Virus record (IMG/VR): IMGVR_UViG_3300010389_000003 | Span: 39,984 to 103,983 of that record | Length of the DNA stretch: 64,000 bases | Source: a virus | Strand: one strand, 5' to 3' | Part shown: piece by piece, positions 10,193 to 19,907 of the stretch | Layout of the letters: each line of letters opens with the position of its first letter | Numbering within the stretch: position 1 is the first letter of the stretch | The notes under the pieces: model-generated | Seen by the model: the letters and a program-made list of their open reading frames with translations, nothing else | The model's database searches: none | Told to the model about the DNA's origin: nothing | Translations under genes and position numbers: made by a program

Positions 10193-12360
10193 GCATATCC
10201 CGGATCCAAAAAGAGATGGTCTTAGATGAAGTGGCAAGGTTCTATTTTTCGAATGGAGAAAAACCAACCTCATCAGCCATTCTTCGAGACATGTCGATGT
10301 TCTTTGCCGACAATCCAATTGGGCGTCCCTTTAATATTGAGCCCAATAACATGCGAGAGGGACTTGTCTCTAATGTAGATGAAGTTAATGACAACATGAT
10401 TAGAGCCGTGTTGAACATATCGATATTATATGAATCCATGCTGCAGGATACAGAAAGGTCGATGTCCCTGTATAGCATAGTCCAAACAAAACTCGAGAAC
10501 CTAAGAGGCAGGCGGGCCAGAATAGAATCGGATATTGATGATTTCCTGTTGGCCCTGAATGATTCATCTGGCTATTTTTATAGCTTCTCTGATTACTTTT
10601 CGACCCTCGACTATACCGATTTGGGCATGTCATCTGCGTTTGTCGACATAGTTTCCGGTCAAGTATCTATACCACCTGTCGCTGAGTTCAGTCGACCACT
10701 GCCCGCAGGTGCTTATGCGGTGAACTCTGCTACCATGACGGTTGATGGAGCATCAGTGTCGTACCAAACAGAGAGCCCATTCGATGGTGCAATAGATGGG
10801 CTCTCCAACACAAATTGGGCCGTTTCTGTTTCAACAAATGAAGTGGCAGAAGTGATTATGGAAGTTCGTATAGACTTGTCTGATTTTCTCCCTCCTGTTA
10901 TATCGAAGGTTGAGATAGATCCATTCACCATGGTGCCAATGCAGGTATTCGTGGAGACAGAAAATACGCTATCCAATTCTGGTGTATTGCGTCAGCGTGA
11001 TTCATTTGGTCAGAACGTCAAATATGGTTCGTACAAGATGACATTTGTGGACACCGCCACCAAAGCGAATATCGTATATATCACAATGCGTAAAACAGAA
11101 CCTGACTATCAGATACAGGATAATAGTACAAATAAACATGTCTATGTTTTTGGTGCCTCTCATCTTGAGATCTCAAGGCAGTCTTACGACACAAGTGCCA
11201 AATTCGTGTCCGCCTCAATTGCCCTGCCTGAAGAGATAGCCACTGATCATGTCATAGATTCCGTATCCCTTTCGGTGGATGAGTACCTCCCAAACAACAC
11301 ATCCGCTGATTATTTCATAGCGGCAGATAGCGGTAACGGTTCTTCATTAGACGACTTCAATTGGCAACAGATATTCCCGGTTGAATCCTCATCTTCAGCC
11401 ACTGGCGCTGCCCTGAAATTGGACGGTGCTGCACTCCACTCCAGGAAGGTAAAACCTGCCGCCGAGGCTCTTTTCAATGACCTGGAGCTGATTCCCATAG
11501 ACGTAAGTGACAGTGACCTTTCCAAACGGAACCCCACAACAACCATCGTCGGTGGAGTTGACATCTATCGAATAGCAGAATTTAAGGAAGAGTTCATTCC
11601 TCAGACTATGGCTATGAGCGAAGGTGTCAATAGTACGAGAATACTGTCAACGGCTTTAGATCCCACAGTTACCAGTGACCTGACATATTGGGCCAGCTAC
11701 ATTGATGGCACCCTCACGGCTAATGAGTTCTATGGTCGGATAGATACTGGTAATGAATTCTTTTATGGGGGCGATATAGGCGCAAACAGTAAGAGTGTTT
11801 ATATAGAGACGTATGTTGATTCTCCCATCGACAGAGAAACTATTCTGAAAGAATTCCGAAAGTCAGATGACAACTCCCAACAGTGGGACGTTTACGTTTA
11901 CCTGAATGGCAGGACCATAGCTTCACTTCCAGCTGGAACAGACACTGCATTGATACCTTGGAAGTTTAACAATGGGCTAAATCATGTGGCGATGACAATT
12001 GATATACCAGCTGCCACCACTGATCATCCTACGCCATATCTGGGCACAATAGATCTTATGGTGGGCGAAGACCTTAGCGCATTTGGCAAGGTGCGGCTCG
12101 GTGAGTGGGTTTATGTTGACCCATTCAAAATGGAATACAATGAGATTGATGAGCCCATGACCTTTACTATATATAATGGGGAAGTCATTTCTCGGCGTCG
12201 CCCTACCACTAACTTTGAACTCAGGTACGCAAAGCCCACCGGAAGAGGCACTAGTGCTATTAGATTCAGGGCAGACCTGCAGAGATCAAATGATGATGAC
12301 AGTGTTACGCCGATTTTGGATAAATATTCGATCAGATTTTCATACGGAGATAGTGAATAA
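10189..12360 (+). CDS. virion structural protein
   Basis: 723 aa; ATGA overlap; same architecture as the two upstream genes. Confidence 0.6.
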   Translation: MSISRIQKEMVLDEVARFYFSNGEKPTSSAILRDMSMFFADNPIGRPFNIEPNNMREGLVSNVDEVNDNMIRAVLNISILYESMLQDTERSMSLYSIVQTKLENLRGRRARIESDIDDFLLALNDSSGYFYSFSDYFSTLDYTDLGMSSAFVDIVSGQVSIPPVAEFSRPLPAGAYAVNSATMTVDGASVSYQTESPFDGAIDGLSNTNWAVSVSTNEVAEVIMEVRIDLSDFLPPVISKVEIDPFTMVPMQVFVETENTLSNSGVLRQRDSFGQNVKYGSYKMTFVDTATKANIVYITMRKTEPDYQIQDNSTNKHVYVFGASHLEISRQSYDTSAKFVSASIALPEEIATDHVIDSVSLSVDEYLPNNTSADYFIAADSGNGSSLDDFNWQQIFPVESSSSATGAALKLDGAALHSRKVKPAAEALFNDLELIPIDVSDSDLSKRNPTTTIVGGVDIYRIAEFKEEFIPQTMAMSEGVNSTRILSTALDPTVTSDLTYWASYIDGTLTANEFYGRIDTGNEFFYGGDIGANSKSVYIETYVDSPIDRETILKEFRKSDDNSQQWDVYVYLNGRTIASLPAGTDTALIPWKFNNGLNHVAMTIDIPAATTDHPTPYLGTIDLMVGEDLSAFGKVRLGEWVYVDPFKMEYNEIDEPMTFTIYNGEVISRRRPTTNFELRYAKPTGRGTSAIRFRADLQRSNDDDSVTPILDKYSIRFSYGDSE

Positions 12361-12734
12361 TGGCAGCGGGAGATAGCCCCACTTTTGAGGGCGTATTCTA
12401 TTCTAGGTTAGACAAGAAAGGTTGGCTTCACCAGCCCTCTTTTGTTCGGAGGCGCCACAGGTATCGCGGGCACCGCGAGAGCTTGAAGATCAACCAGGAA
12501 ATAGACAGCCTCTATGCCGACATGTCTTATCTTGATATGGAATTGACTGAAGCTGAAAACAATCTTGATACGTATGTCAGCAATATCCTTAATGGAGTGA
12601 CCCATACGGGCATTACCTACACAGACGAAGATGCTACTCCGGTAGATTTTGAAGTTACAATACTGTCTATAGACACCCTTGCCGCCAATATGGCAGCATT
12701 GGAACAGAGAATTGAGAGGTTGGAGAATGGTTGA
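12360..12734 (+). CDS. small virion coiled-coil protein
   Basis: 124 aa; RYRGHRESLKIN..D...L motif; C-terminal heptads. Confidence 0.55.
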   Translation: MAAGDSPTFEGVFYSRLDKKGWLHQPSFVRRRHRYRGHRESLKINQEIDSLYADMSYLDMELTEAENNLDTYVSNILNGVTHTGITYTDEDATPVDFEVTILSIDTLAANMAALEQRIERLENG

Positions 12735-13977
12735 TTCGCTATATACCAAGAAACGCAACGCGCAATCGAGAGGTCCTACGACTAGCGAGGACTATAATGA
12801 TCGTATAGAAGAGAATTATAGAGACCTTGTTGTGCTATACAACAGAACCGGATCTCTTAAGGAAGATATGCGTGCGTTCTATGGGCGTTTGGCTCAAGAC
12901 TTCCTGTCTCTACAGAAGAGATATGACGAGCTGGTATCTAGAGTAAGCGTTTTAGAGGATGCCACCAATACGCTAACCTTTTATTCCGCGACCCAAATCG
13001 ACAACGACCGATTCGATTCGAGCGAGTATGCTGTCCCCGCAGCATCAAGGTGCTATCATGACGAGAATCACGGACTTGTTGTCCTGCCAAGATCTTCTTC
13101 GGTATCCAAACTAAGGCTTACCAACGCCGATGGAACCCAGTTCATACCCTCGTCTTTTGAGGCCCTTGCATCAAACGTGCCTGGTGCCCTGGATGGGGAT
13201 TCGGGATCAGAAGTAATAGAGTCTGACATTTACTACTCAATAGTGAATGAGGTGGGCAAAGTGTGGGAAAGGCACGTTGTAGCTTCTGCCGCTGATGCGG
13301 AGGGTGCTGCCGTGGATCTTTATATCAGGGTGCCCACAGAATTCTTAACCACCGCTAAGGCGAACGTTTTTGTAATCCACCCCTACCCTATATTTGGTTG
13401 CGATGTAGAAAGCATCTCGTATTCGACCGCGCAGGATGTCAATCTCAACAGTACAGATGGTTATACGCCACTGAATTCAGGGTTATTTAGTAATGGTAAC
13501 GATGATGCTGTTGGATGGGTGGCTCCAGGTGCGTGGACAGACGACAAGATTGTCAAGTGTGGATCCAAGGCTTTCTACTTCGACCCCAAAACCGTAACCG
13601 GTTTGAAGATCAGATTGCGTCAAAAATCCTATCTCAACGAGGGTGGTAAAGCTCTCTACGCTTATGGTGTGTCCCATATGGACCTTCGTTACGACAGCTT
13701 TGCCGATACTGGTAGAACCATCATAAGATTTGATGCGCCAACTGGTAGCACTATTTCATCGGTATCCGATGTTGAGCTAGATATGTTCAATGTGGCAGTA
13801 GGTGAGAAGCCATTCTTATTCGATTATCGGGTCATATGGGAAACTAGTCACGAATCTGGAACATATACAACCGAACCCGTCCCTCTTTCACAGAGGGTTT
13901 GGGTAGAAATCACGCTAAATAAAGCGAATACGGGAACAACTCCAGCTTTGTCGGGTATGACAATTGCATATAGCTAA
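12727..13977 (+). CDS. virion structural protein
   Basis: ATG at 12727 after GAGGTTGGAGA; RGPTTSEDYN...DLVVLY motif paralogous to the upstream gene. Confidence 0.6.
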   Translation: MVDSLYTKKRNAQSRGPTTSEDYNDRIEENYRDLVVLYNRTGSLKEDMRAFYGRLAQDFLSLQKRYDELVSRVSVLEDATNTLTFYSATQIDNDRFDSSEYAVPAASRCYHDENHGLVVLPRSSSVSKLRLTNADGTQFIPSSFEALASNVPGALDGDSGSEVIESDIYYSIVNEVGKVWERHVVASAADAEGAAVDLYIRVPTEFLTTAKANVFVIHPYPIFGCDVESISYSTAQDVNLNSTDGYTPLNSGLFSNGNDDAVGWVAPGAWTDDKIVKCGSKAFYFDPKTVTGLKIRLRQKSYLNEGGKALYAYGVSHMDLRYDSFADTGRTIIRFDAPTGSTISSVSDVELDMFNVAVGEKPFLFDYRVIWETSHESGTYTTEPVPLSQRVWVEITLNKANTGTTPALSGMTIAYS

Positions 13978-13983
13978 TCATTA

Positions 13984-13991
13984 GTTACTAT
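13984..13991 (+). promoter_or_regulatory. candidate late promoter element GTTACTAT
   Basis: Intergenic; the same 8-mer recurs upstream of genes at 46205, 48824 and 50640 (minus strand). Confidence 0.5.
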
Positions 13992-13999
13992 TAGTGCCA

Positions 14000-14062
14000 G
14001 AGGGTATGGGTGCTTGTTAAACCAGGCGTGCAGTAACCTTGACCGTTATGACCTATACCCTC
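14000..14062 (+). other. structured 5' leader RNA (12-bp closing stem, two internal hairpins)
   Basis: GAGGGTATGGGT pairs with ACCTATACCCTC (one G-U); inner stems GCTTG/CAGGC and GTAAC/GTTAT. Confidence 0.5.
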
Positions 14063-14088
14063 ATACTTTTATATAGGAGACAAGAAAT

Positions 14089-14700
14089 ATGGCTAAATTT
14101 TACACAGGATACAGACCAGTTCTAAAGGGTCGTAACCGCAGTAACATGGTTCACCCCTGGAGGGGCGCTGGCGTCTACTCTAATTGGAGCTTGTATAGCA
14201 CAGACCATGTTCTCGATGGCGCTCCTGACACCCATGTAGAGCCCGGTGAGGGCGCTTTCCCGCACGGACTCCAGCTATCCCGTTGGTACCGTGGCCTCCG
14301 CGATAAGTGGCCCCTCGAGAATGCAGGTGAAGGTGCTCGTCAGCTAGGTGCTCGTTGGAATCCCCTAGAGTACAAGGGTCTCGACGGTGCTGCGGCATTC
14401 CAATCCACGTTCGGACATGTTCGTGATCGGAACGTAAGCTATGCCTACTACGACAACTATACCTTTGATGGTGTTACCTCCGCTGAGGTATTTGCTACTC
14501 TCGGCCACGCACAGCGCAAGGAAGGCCTTGGGGGTATGGGGGCATTTGACCCATATGAGCACAACGGCCCTGCTTCGACAGTGGTCTTTGCTAGCTCGTT
14601 CGGACAGGCCATACCAACCGGTTCACAAAATGCGTATGGACATAACAGAGTTAAAGAACACAGAGGCGTCACTTCCTCTAACGCACTCAATATCACTTGA
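14089..14700 (+). CDS. Gly/aromatic-rich protein with degenerate internal repeats, probably late/virion
   Basis: 203 aa; strong AGGAGA RBS. Confidence 0.7.
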   Translation: MAKFYTGYRPVLKGRNRSNMVHPWRGAGVYSNWSLYSTDHVLDGAPDTHVEPGEGAFPHGLQLSRWYRGLRDKWPLENAGEGARQLGARWNPLEYKGLDGAAAFQSTFGHVRDRNVSYAYYDNYTFDGVTSAEVFATLGHAQRKEGLGGMGAFDPYEHNGPASTVVFASSFGQAIPTGSQNAYGHNRVKEHRGVTSSNALNIT

Positions 14701-14717
14701 GCCAAGGGAGACATTAC

Positions 14718-14957
14718 ATGTTTGAAAGAGTACGGGATTTTTTCCTAAACCGTGAATGGGCGATGTTCGTTGGTATTATTACGACACTCGTTCTTTCCGG
14801 TGAGGAATTTCTAGAATGGATTTCTGTTCTAGCAAACGAGAACAATGACTGGAGCGTTGTGGGTATCCTGCCCCTCGTTGCAGCTGCAATCACTCGCTTT
14901 AGAGTTACATCTAACAGAACTGTTGAGGAGATCAAGGATCAGCTTGATAAGGGCTAG
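14718..14957 (+). CDS. holin-like small membrane protein
   Basis: 79 aa; two hydrophobic segments and a charged C-terminal tail; AAGGGAG RBS. Confidence 0.5.
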   Translation: MFERVRDFFLNREWAMFVGIITTLVLSGEEFLEWISVLANENNDWSVVGILPLVAAAITRFRVTSNRTVEEIKDQLDKG

Positions 14958-15004
14958 TATAGGCGCTATACTCTAGTTACAACAACTTAGGAATTTCTAG
15001 GATC

Positions 15005-15042
15005 TGCGGATCCCTGCCTTCGGGTTGGGTCCGCATTTCTTT
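15005..15042 (+). terminator. intrinsic terminator-like hairpin with cUUCGg loop
   Basis: TGCGGATCC...CTTCGG...GGGTCCGCA followed by TTTCTTT. Confidence 0.6.
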
Positions 15043-15085
15043 CTCTAAGCACAAGTTTTATACAGGTTTTGGTAGGGATTAACCA

Positions 15086-15736
15086 GTGGCAAATACAAAA
15101 TCAGAAGACTTTGTAATCAAGAAGGAAGATGCTATCAAGTATCTAGTTCTCTATGTTGCACCAGGAGAAGACCAATGGATTGATGCGTTGGCCTCCTTGT
15201 CTAAGAGAATCGGAGATAAGGATCTACTGCGAAAAATAATCGCGGCCACCATTTTGCTTCCTGCTATGGATAAATCTGTGATCCCTGATATTCCCTACAA
15301 TCTCATCCACTGGATTAAGAAGTACGATCAATTCGGTAAACATGACTGGACAAAGAAATTGGAAACAGTCATGAAGCAAGATGAAGTAATAGCATCGTCA
15401 AGAGATCAGCTTTTGGTGTTGGGGTGCATAGACCCAATAGAGTATGCACCGTACCCTCGCCAATCATTCAGATGGCTGGTTCAGAGAAGTAAGAAAGCGG
15501 AAGAATTCTCCAAAAAAGCAGAGGGGAAGTTTCGTTCAATGGTTCACGTTTATGGTGGGGTATCCATAAACAATGTTTTCAAGGTGCATGAATCAAAGGT
15601 TAACAGAATACCCAACTGGAGAAGTCACTACTTCTTCGAAAGACTTATGCACAAGGTGTATAACATCGATCAGCTCGTAGAAATGAAGCGAGCGGAAATA
15701 GAACAAACAAACCCGACACTTGTCAAGAAACTATAG
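15086..15736 (+). CDS. hypothetical protein
   Basis: 216-aa ORF directly upstream of the RNR gene. Confidence 0.7.
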   Translation: MANTKSEDFVIKKEDAIKYLVLYVAPGEDQWIDALASLSKRIGDKDLLRKIIAATILLPAMDKSVIPDIPYNLIHWIKKYDQFGKHDWTKKLETVMKQDEVIASSRDQLLVLGCIDPIEYAPYPRQSFRWLVQRSKKAEEFSKKAEGKFRSMVHVYGGVSINNVFKVHESKVNRIPNWRSHYFFERLMHKVYNIDQLVEMKRAEIEQTNPTLVKKL

Positions 15737-15751
15737 CCTCAAGGAGCCGCA

Positions 15752-17791
15752 GTGAATAACAGCCATCTCTCATTTACGTTGCCAGAAGATTTCATCAAAA
15801 CCTACTCAAAGAAGCAGCCCAATTGGGGCTTTCCTGTTGGTGGTGGTAATAGCCTTGGTGAGATTACTTTCCTTACTAAATACTCAAGAAAGAAAGAGGA
15901 CGGATCAAAGGAACGCTGGTTCGAGGTCTGTAGAAGATGCGTAGAGGGTTACTACTCAATCCTCAAAGACCACTGTAAACAGAACCGGACGCCATGGAAC
16001 GAGAATAAGGCGCAGGCTGCTGCGCAAGATGCGTATGATAGAATGTTTGCTTTTAAGTGGCTTCCGCCCGGTCGTGGACTGTGGGCCATGGGTACTCCTA
16101 TGGTTCATGAGGATCGTGACTCAGCGCCCCTGTACAATTGCGCCTTCATTTCAACCGAGTTTATTTCAGCGCGATCGAAATACGATGCCACGTATCCATT
16201 CGTGAGACTGATGGAAATGTCAATGAACGGAATCGGTGTTGGCTTCGATGTGGCTGGTGCTGGTAAGATTGAGCTTCATCAGCCACTTGAAGACACATGG
16301 ACCTTTACCGTGCCCGACACTAGAGAGGGCTGGGCAGAAGCGCTGGGTCATCTGTTGGAGTCTTTCTTCTTCAAGAACCGTAAGACTGTGTTGTTTGATT
16401 ATTCCCTGGTACGGCCAGCCGGTGCTCCTATCAAGAGATTCGGAGGTACTGCATCTGGTCCAGAACCACTTGCTTTCACCCTAGAAAAGGTGCGCTCACT
16501 TCTCAGCAATCGTGAGGGCGGTAGAATCACTTCTCGTGATATTGTGGACATCAATAACCTCTCTGGCAAAGCTGTTGTTTCCGGCAACACGAGAAGATCA
16601 GCAGAGATAGCTTTGGGCTTTATTGATGATGATGATTTCATTAATATAAAGAACTGGGAAAGAGAAGAGAATTCTGAACGCATGAAGTACGATGGTACCG
16701 GTTGGGGTGGCCTTAGCAATAACACGGTTATCATTCGTGATGAGGAATCACCTGCTACGCTGGTCGACAGTATTGCCATCAACGGTGAGCCAGGGATCTT
16801 CAACATCGATCTAGCCAGAAAGTATGGCCGAATGGTTGATCCTGTAGATCCGAGTTTGGATTCGAAGGTAAGAGGTCTTAACCCCTGCGCTGAAATAACC
16901 CTTGAACATAACGAGCTATGCAACCTGGCAGAATCCTTCCCACAGCATCACGATTCCATGGAGGACTATCTCCGGACAGAGAAGCATGCATACTTATACA
17001 GCAAGGCGGTAACCCTTCTGCCCACTCCTTGGCCCGAAACAAACGAGGTCATTGCAAGAAACAGAAGAATAGGTAGTTCGATGTCTGGTATTGCACAGTT
17101 CATCGAAAGCAATGACTGGGCAGTTCTGAGAACCTGGTCCGACACTGCCTACCATGAGATTCAGCGTAGAGATGAGCAATACTCTGAATGGTTGGGTATC
17201 CGTAAATCAATCAAGACAACAACCATCAAGCCTTCCGGAACGGTGTCCATTCTTTGTGGAGCGACACCGGGAGTTCATTGGCCGGTTAAGAGTGGCGGCT
17301 ACATTCGCCGTCAGCGTTTCTCAGCGGAAGATCCAATCGTCCCCATTTTCATTGAGGCTGGATATTATGTTGAGCCATCAGTCTCTGATGAGGGTACCGT
17401 TGTTGTTGATTTCTACACTACCGGACCGGAGATGAGAGACGAGCGACAGGTTTCCGTGTGGGAAAAGGTTTCTGTTGCCGTTCTCATGCAGCGTTACTGG
17501 GCGGACAATGCCGTGTCAGCAACGTTCACATTTACGCCAGAAGAGGCAGATCAAATACCTCATGTCATCTCAGCCTATGGTGATCAGTTGAAGACACTCA
17601 GCTTTCTCCCGCTTGGTGAAGCCTCTTCTCCTGGTATGTATCCCCAGATGCCCTATGAAGCAGTGGAGGACAAGAAGTTTGAGGAAAAGGTTAATAAAGT
17701 CAAACGTCTTGACTTCGACATGCTGTATCATGGTAACCTAGGAGATGTCGATGCAGAAAAGTTCTGCACGAATGATACATGTGAGATCTGA
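15752..17791 (+). CDS. nrdJ: adenosylcobalamin-dependent ribonucleotide reductase (class II, monomeric RTPR type)
   Basis: PPGRGLW..G, YNCAF, NPCAEI (thiyl Cys), ELCNL, TIKPSGT, and C-terminal CTNDTC redox pair. Confidence 0.93.
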   Translation: MNNSHLSFTLPEDFIKTYSKKQPNWGFPVGGGNSLGEITFLTKYSRKKEDGSKERWFEVCRRCVEGYYSILKDHCKQNRTPWNENKAQAAAQDAYDRMFAFKWLPPGRGLWAMGTPMVHEDRDSAPLYNCAFISTEFISARSKYDATYPFVRLMEMSMNGIGVGFDVAGAGKIELHQPLEDTWTFTVPDTREGWAEALGHLLESFFFKNRKTVLFDYSLVRPAGAPIKRFGGTASGPEPLAFTLEKVRSLLSNREGGRITSRDIVDINNLSGKAVVSGNTRRSAEIALGFIDDDDFINIKNWEREENSERMKYDGTGWGGLSNNTVIIRDEESPATLVDSIAINGEPGIFNIDLARKYGRMVDPVDPSLDSKVRGLNPCAEITLEHNELCNLAESFPQHHDSMEDYLRTEKHAYLYSKAVTLLPTPWPETNEVIARNRRIGSSMSGIAQFIESNDWAVLRTWSDTAYHEIQRRDEQYSEWLGIRKSIKTTTIKPSGTVSILCGATPGVHWPVKSGGYIRRQRFSAEDPIVPIFIEAGYYVEPSVSDEGTVVVDFYTTGPEMRDERQVSVWEKVSVAVLMQRYWADNAVSATFTFTPEEADQIPHVISAYGDQLKTLSFLPLGEASSPGMYPQMPYEAVEDKKFEEKVNKVKRLDFDMLYHGNLGDVDAEKFCTNDTCEI

Positions 17792-17953
17792 ATGATATCA
17801 GAAATTGTTTCCACGATCATGATCGTACTGTTGACAGCCGTTCCATTGAGCATGCTTGCTTATTGGTGCTCTTCCATTATGGACAATATCAATCATGAAC
17901 CCCTGCCAGAAAATTGGCAAACAATCGAAGAGGATATTGAGGGACAATAAAAA

Positions 17954-18658
17954 ATGAGAGAACAAGTAGACTTCCTGGACAAGGGCTATGTAAGATTAGT
18001 CGATGTCATGGGCTCGGACTTGAGTGTCGCCAATGCTGCACGCGCTTCTTATCAGAAAGAGTCAGATGAGTTTTCTGACGCAGATGCAAGATTGATTGAT
18101 TTTCTCGTCAAAGAGAATCACACATCTCCATTGCGCCATGCATTCGTCACCATTGAGTGTCATGCTCCTTTGATGATTGCTCGTCAATGGTTTAAGTATG
18201 TGGTTGGTTCCGATCACACAATGGATTCGTGGAACGAGGCTAGTCGTCGGTATGTGACATCTGAACCAGAGTTCTATTTGGTCAAACCAGATGAATGGCG
18301 TGGTGCCCCCGAGAATTCAAAGCAAGGTTCGGGTGGTCCAGTATCGGACGATGTCGGCATGACATTAACTGCCGAACTTGGTAGCCATATCTCTCGTTCG
18401 GTAGAATTGTATGAGCAAGCAATGAAATGGGGTGTTTGTGCAGAGCAGGCAAGACTTTTCTTGCCAGCCTATGGACTCTATGTCTACTGGAGATGGTCAG
18501 CTAGCCTTCAGGCTGTTTGTCATTTCCTGGCACAGCGCCTTGCTCACGACGCTCAGCATGAGATCACTAGGGCCGCAGAGGCCGTTGCAGAGCTTGTGCA
18601 ACCAAGATTCCCAGTAACTATAGGAAAGTGGTTAGAGGTTCATGGAACTCATAAGTAA
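17954..18658 (+). CDS. thyX: flavin-dependent thymidylate synthase
   Basis: GYVRLVDVMGSD..VANAARASY, HTSP, ARQW, WNEASRRY, EQARL.LP, AQHEI. Confidence 0.92.
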   Translation: MREQVDFLDKGYVRLVDVMGSDLSVANAARASYQKESDEFSDADARLIDFLVKENHTSPLRHAFVTIECHAPLMIARQWFKYVVGSDHTMDSWNEASRRYVTSEPEFYLVKPDEWRGAPENSKQGSGGPVSDDVGMTLTAELGSHISRSVELYEQAMKWGVCAEQARLFLPAYGLYVYWRWSASLQAVCHFLAQRLAHDAQHEITRAAEAVAELVQPRFPVTIGKWLEVHGTHK

Positions 18659-18793
18659 TATAATCGCAAGTATATTATTGTTCTTGTCGGTTGGTTTTAC
18701 GATCAGCGCAGTCAATGATCTTGAGGCGGGCAAGCGGTCCGCGATCTTGTATCTAGTTTCATTGGCCTGTATTGTGGGAGCCGTGTTTCTGCT

Positions 18794-19261
18794 GTGATGA
18801 AGATCACCCGTAAAGATGAGCAGATGATGGCGCTGTGTCTTGCACAAGCTAAGATTTTCAGAACGTGTTCAAGAAGAGCGGCCGCTGCAATTATTGTTGA
18901 TGAGAGATATCATGTCATTGGCACGGGCTACAATGGGGTTCCATCTGGAATGACCCACTGTATAGATGGCGGCTGCCCTCGGGGTCAGTCTGATGTCAAG
19001 CCCGGTAGCGAGTACGGAAATTGTTTCGCTATCCACGCAGAAGCCAATGCTCTACTGCATAGCGACTATACGGCAAACGGAAAGTACATGTACGTCAGCA
19101 GCGAACCATGCTTTGATTGTGCTAAACTGATAGCGAACAGTACCATAATAGGAATTTACTACCTGCACGATCCCAACTTTGATGCAGAGAAGTCTATGAT
19201 GATACTGCATAAAGCAGGAGTTGAAACGTGCGTGATGGGAGAGGTTGAAAGTGCCAGCTAA
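18794..19261 (+). CDS. dCMP deaminase
   Basis: GYNG, HAEANA and PCFDC zinc-binding motifs. Confidence 0.9.
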   Translation: MMKITRKDEQMMALCLAQAKIFRTCSRRAAAAIIVDERYHVIGTGYNGVPSGMTHCIDGGCPRGQSDVKPGSEYGNCFAIHAEANALLHSDYTANGKYMYVSSEPCFDCAKLIANSTIIGIYYLHDPNFDAEKSMMILHKAGVETCVMGEVESAS

Positions 19262-19499
19262 CAAGATGAACTATTTAGTTATATACGAGGGCCATAGTCA
19301 AGTATATGGTGCTGGTAGTGAAAAGATAGCCCTTGCATCACCACCCCCTGAGGGGTATGATCTTGAAGACAAGCACGTCTTGTTCGTGACTTACGAGCCA
19401 GACAACGAAGAGGTTGCGGTCTTTGAGGTACCCAAGGATGAAGTGATGGAAGCAGAGATTGTATATCCGAAAACCATGACAAAGAGAGCAAAGAAATGA
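19245..19499 (+). CDS. hypothetical protein
   Basis: Overlapping operon arrangement; exact start uncertain. Confidence 0.55.
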   Translation: MKVPANKMNYLVIYEGHSQVYGAGSEKIALASPPPEGYDLEDKHVLFVTYEPDNEEVAVFEVPKDEVMEAEIVYPKTMTKRAKK

Positions 19500-19687
19500 G
19501 ATTAGATGTTGGCCCCGGACAGGCGGGGCTGGTCCTGGACAAGAGCTTGCTGGAACACATATGCCTTACCTATACCGTTTTAGGTGATGAACAAAAGGAT
19601 TATGATCTACGCAAGCAATGGCATTCAGTTGCTTCCGAGATAAAATCTTGGCTAGAATGGAATGAGCAGGCCGATGAAGAAGACTGA
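19496..19687 (+). CDS. hypothetical protein
   Basis: ATGA overlap with the previous gene. Confidence 0.55.
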   Translation: MRLDVGPGQAGLVLDKSLLEHICLTYTVLGDEQKDYDLRKQWHSVASEIKSWLEWNEQADEED

Positions 19688-19907
19688 GCATCTCGCAATT
19701 GTTGGCTTGTTGGCTCTGATGATCCTCTCCAGAAAGGCAACCGAGAGAAAGCACATCAAGGAAGTTCAGATGATGACGAGATTAGGTGAATTTTTTGATA
19801 AACAGGATCTCACCTATGCGAAAAAAGATTATCTAAACCTGCGCAGCCACTACAGTCCGGAGCAATCATTCAACATGGTGGTCATCAAGGGCGGCGGTGA
19901 AATATGA
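19662..19907 (+). CDS. hypothetical protein with N-terminal hydrophobic segment
   Basis: Fills the operon gap; ATGA overlap with the next gene. Confidence 0.5.
   Translation: MSRPMKKTEHLAIVGLLALMILSRKATERKHIKEVQMMTRLGEFFDKQDLTYAKKDYLNLRSHYSPEQSFNMVVIKGGGEI

Noticed and set aside
16399-16923. Long antisense ORFs (this one, 19955..20569, 39513..39965 and others)
   Set aside because: They are shadows of well-supported genes on the opposite strand, with no RBS or motifs.
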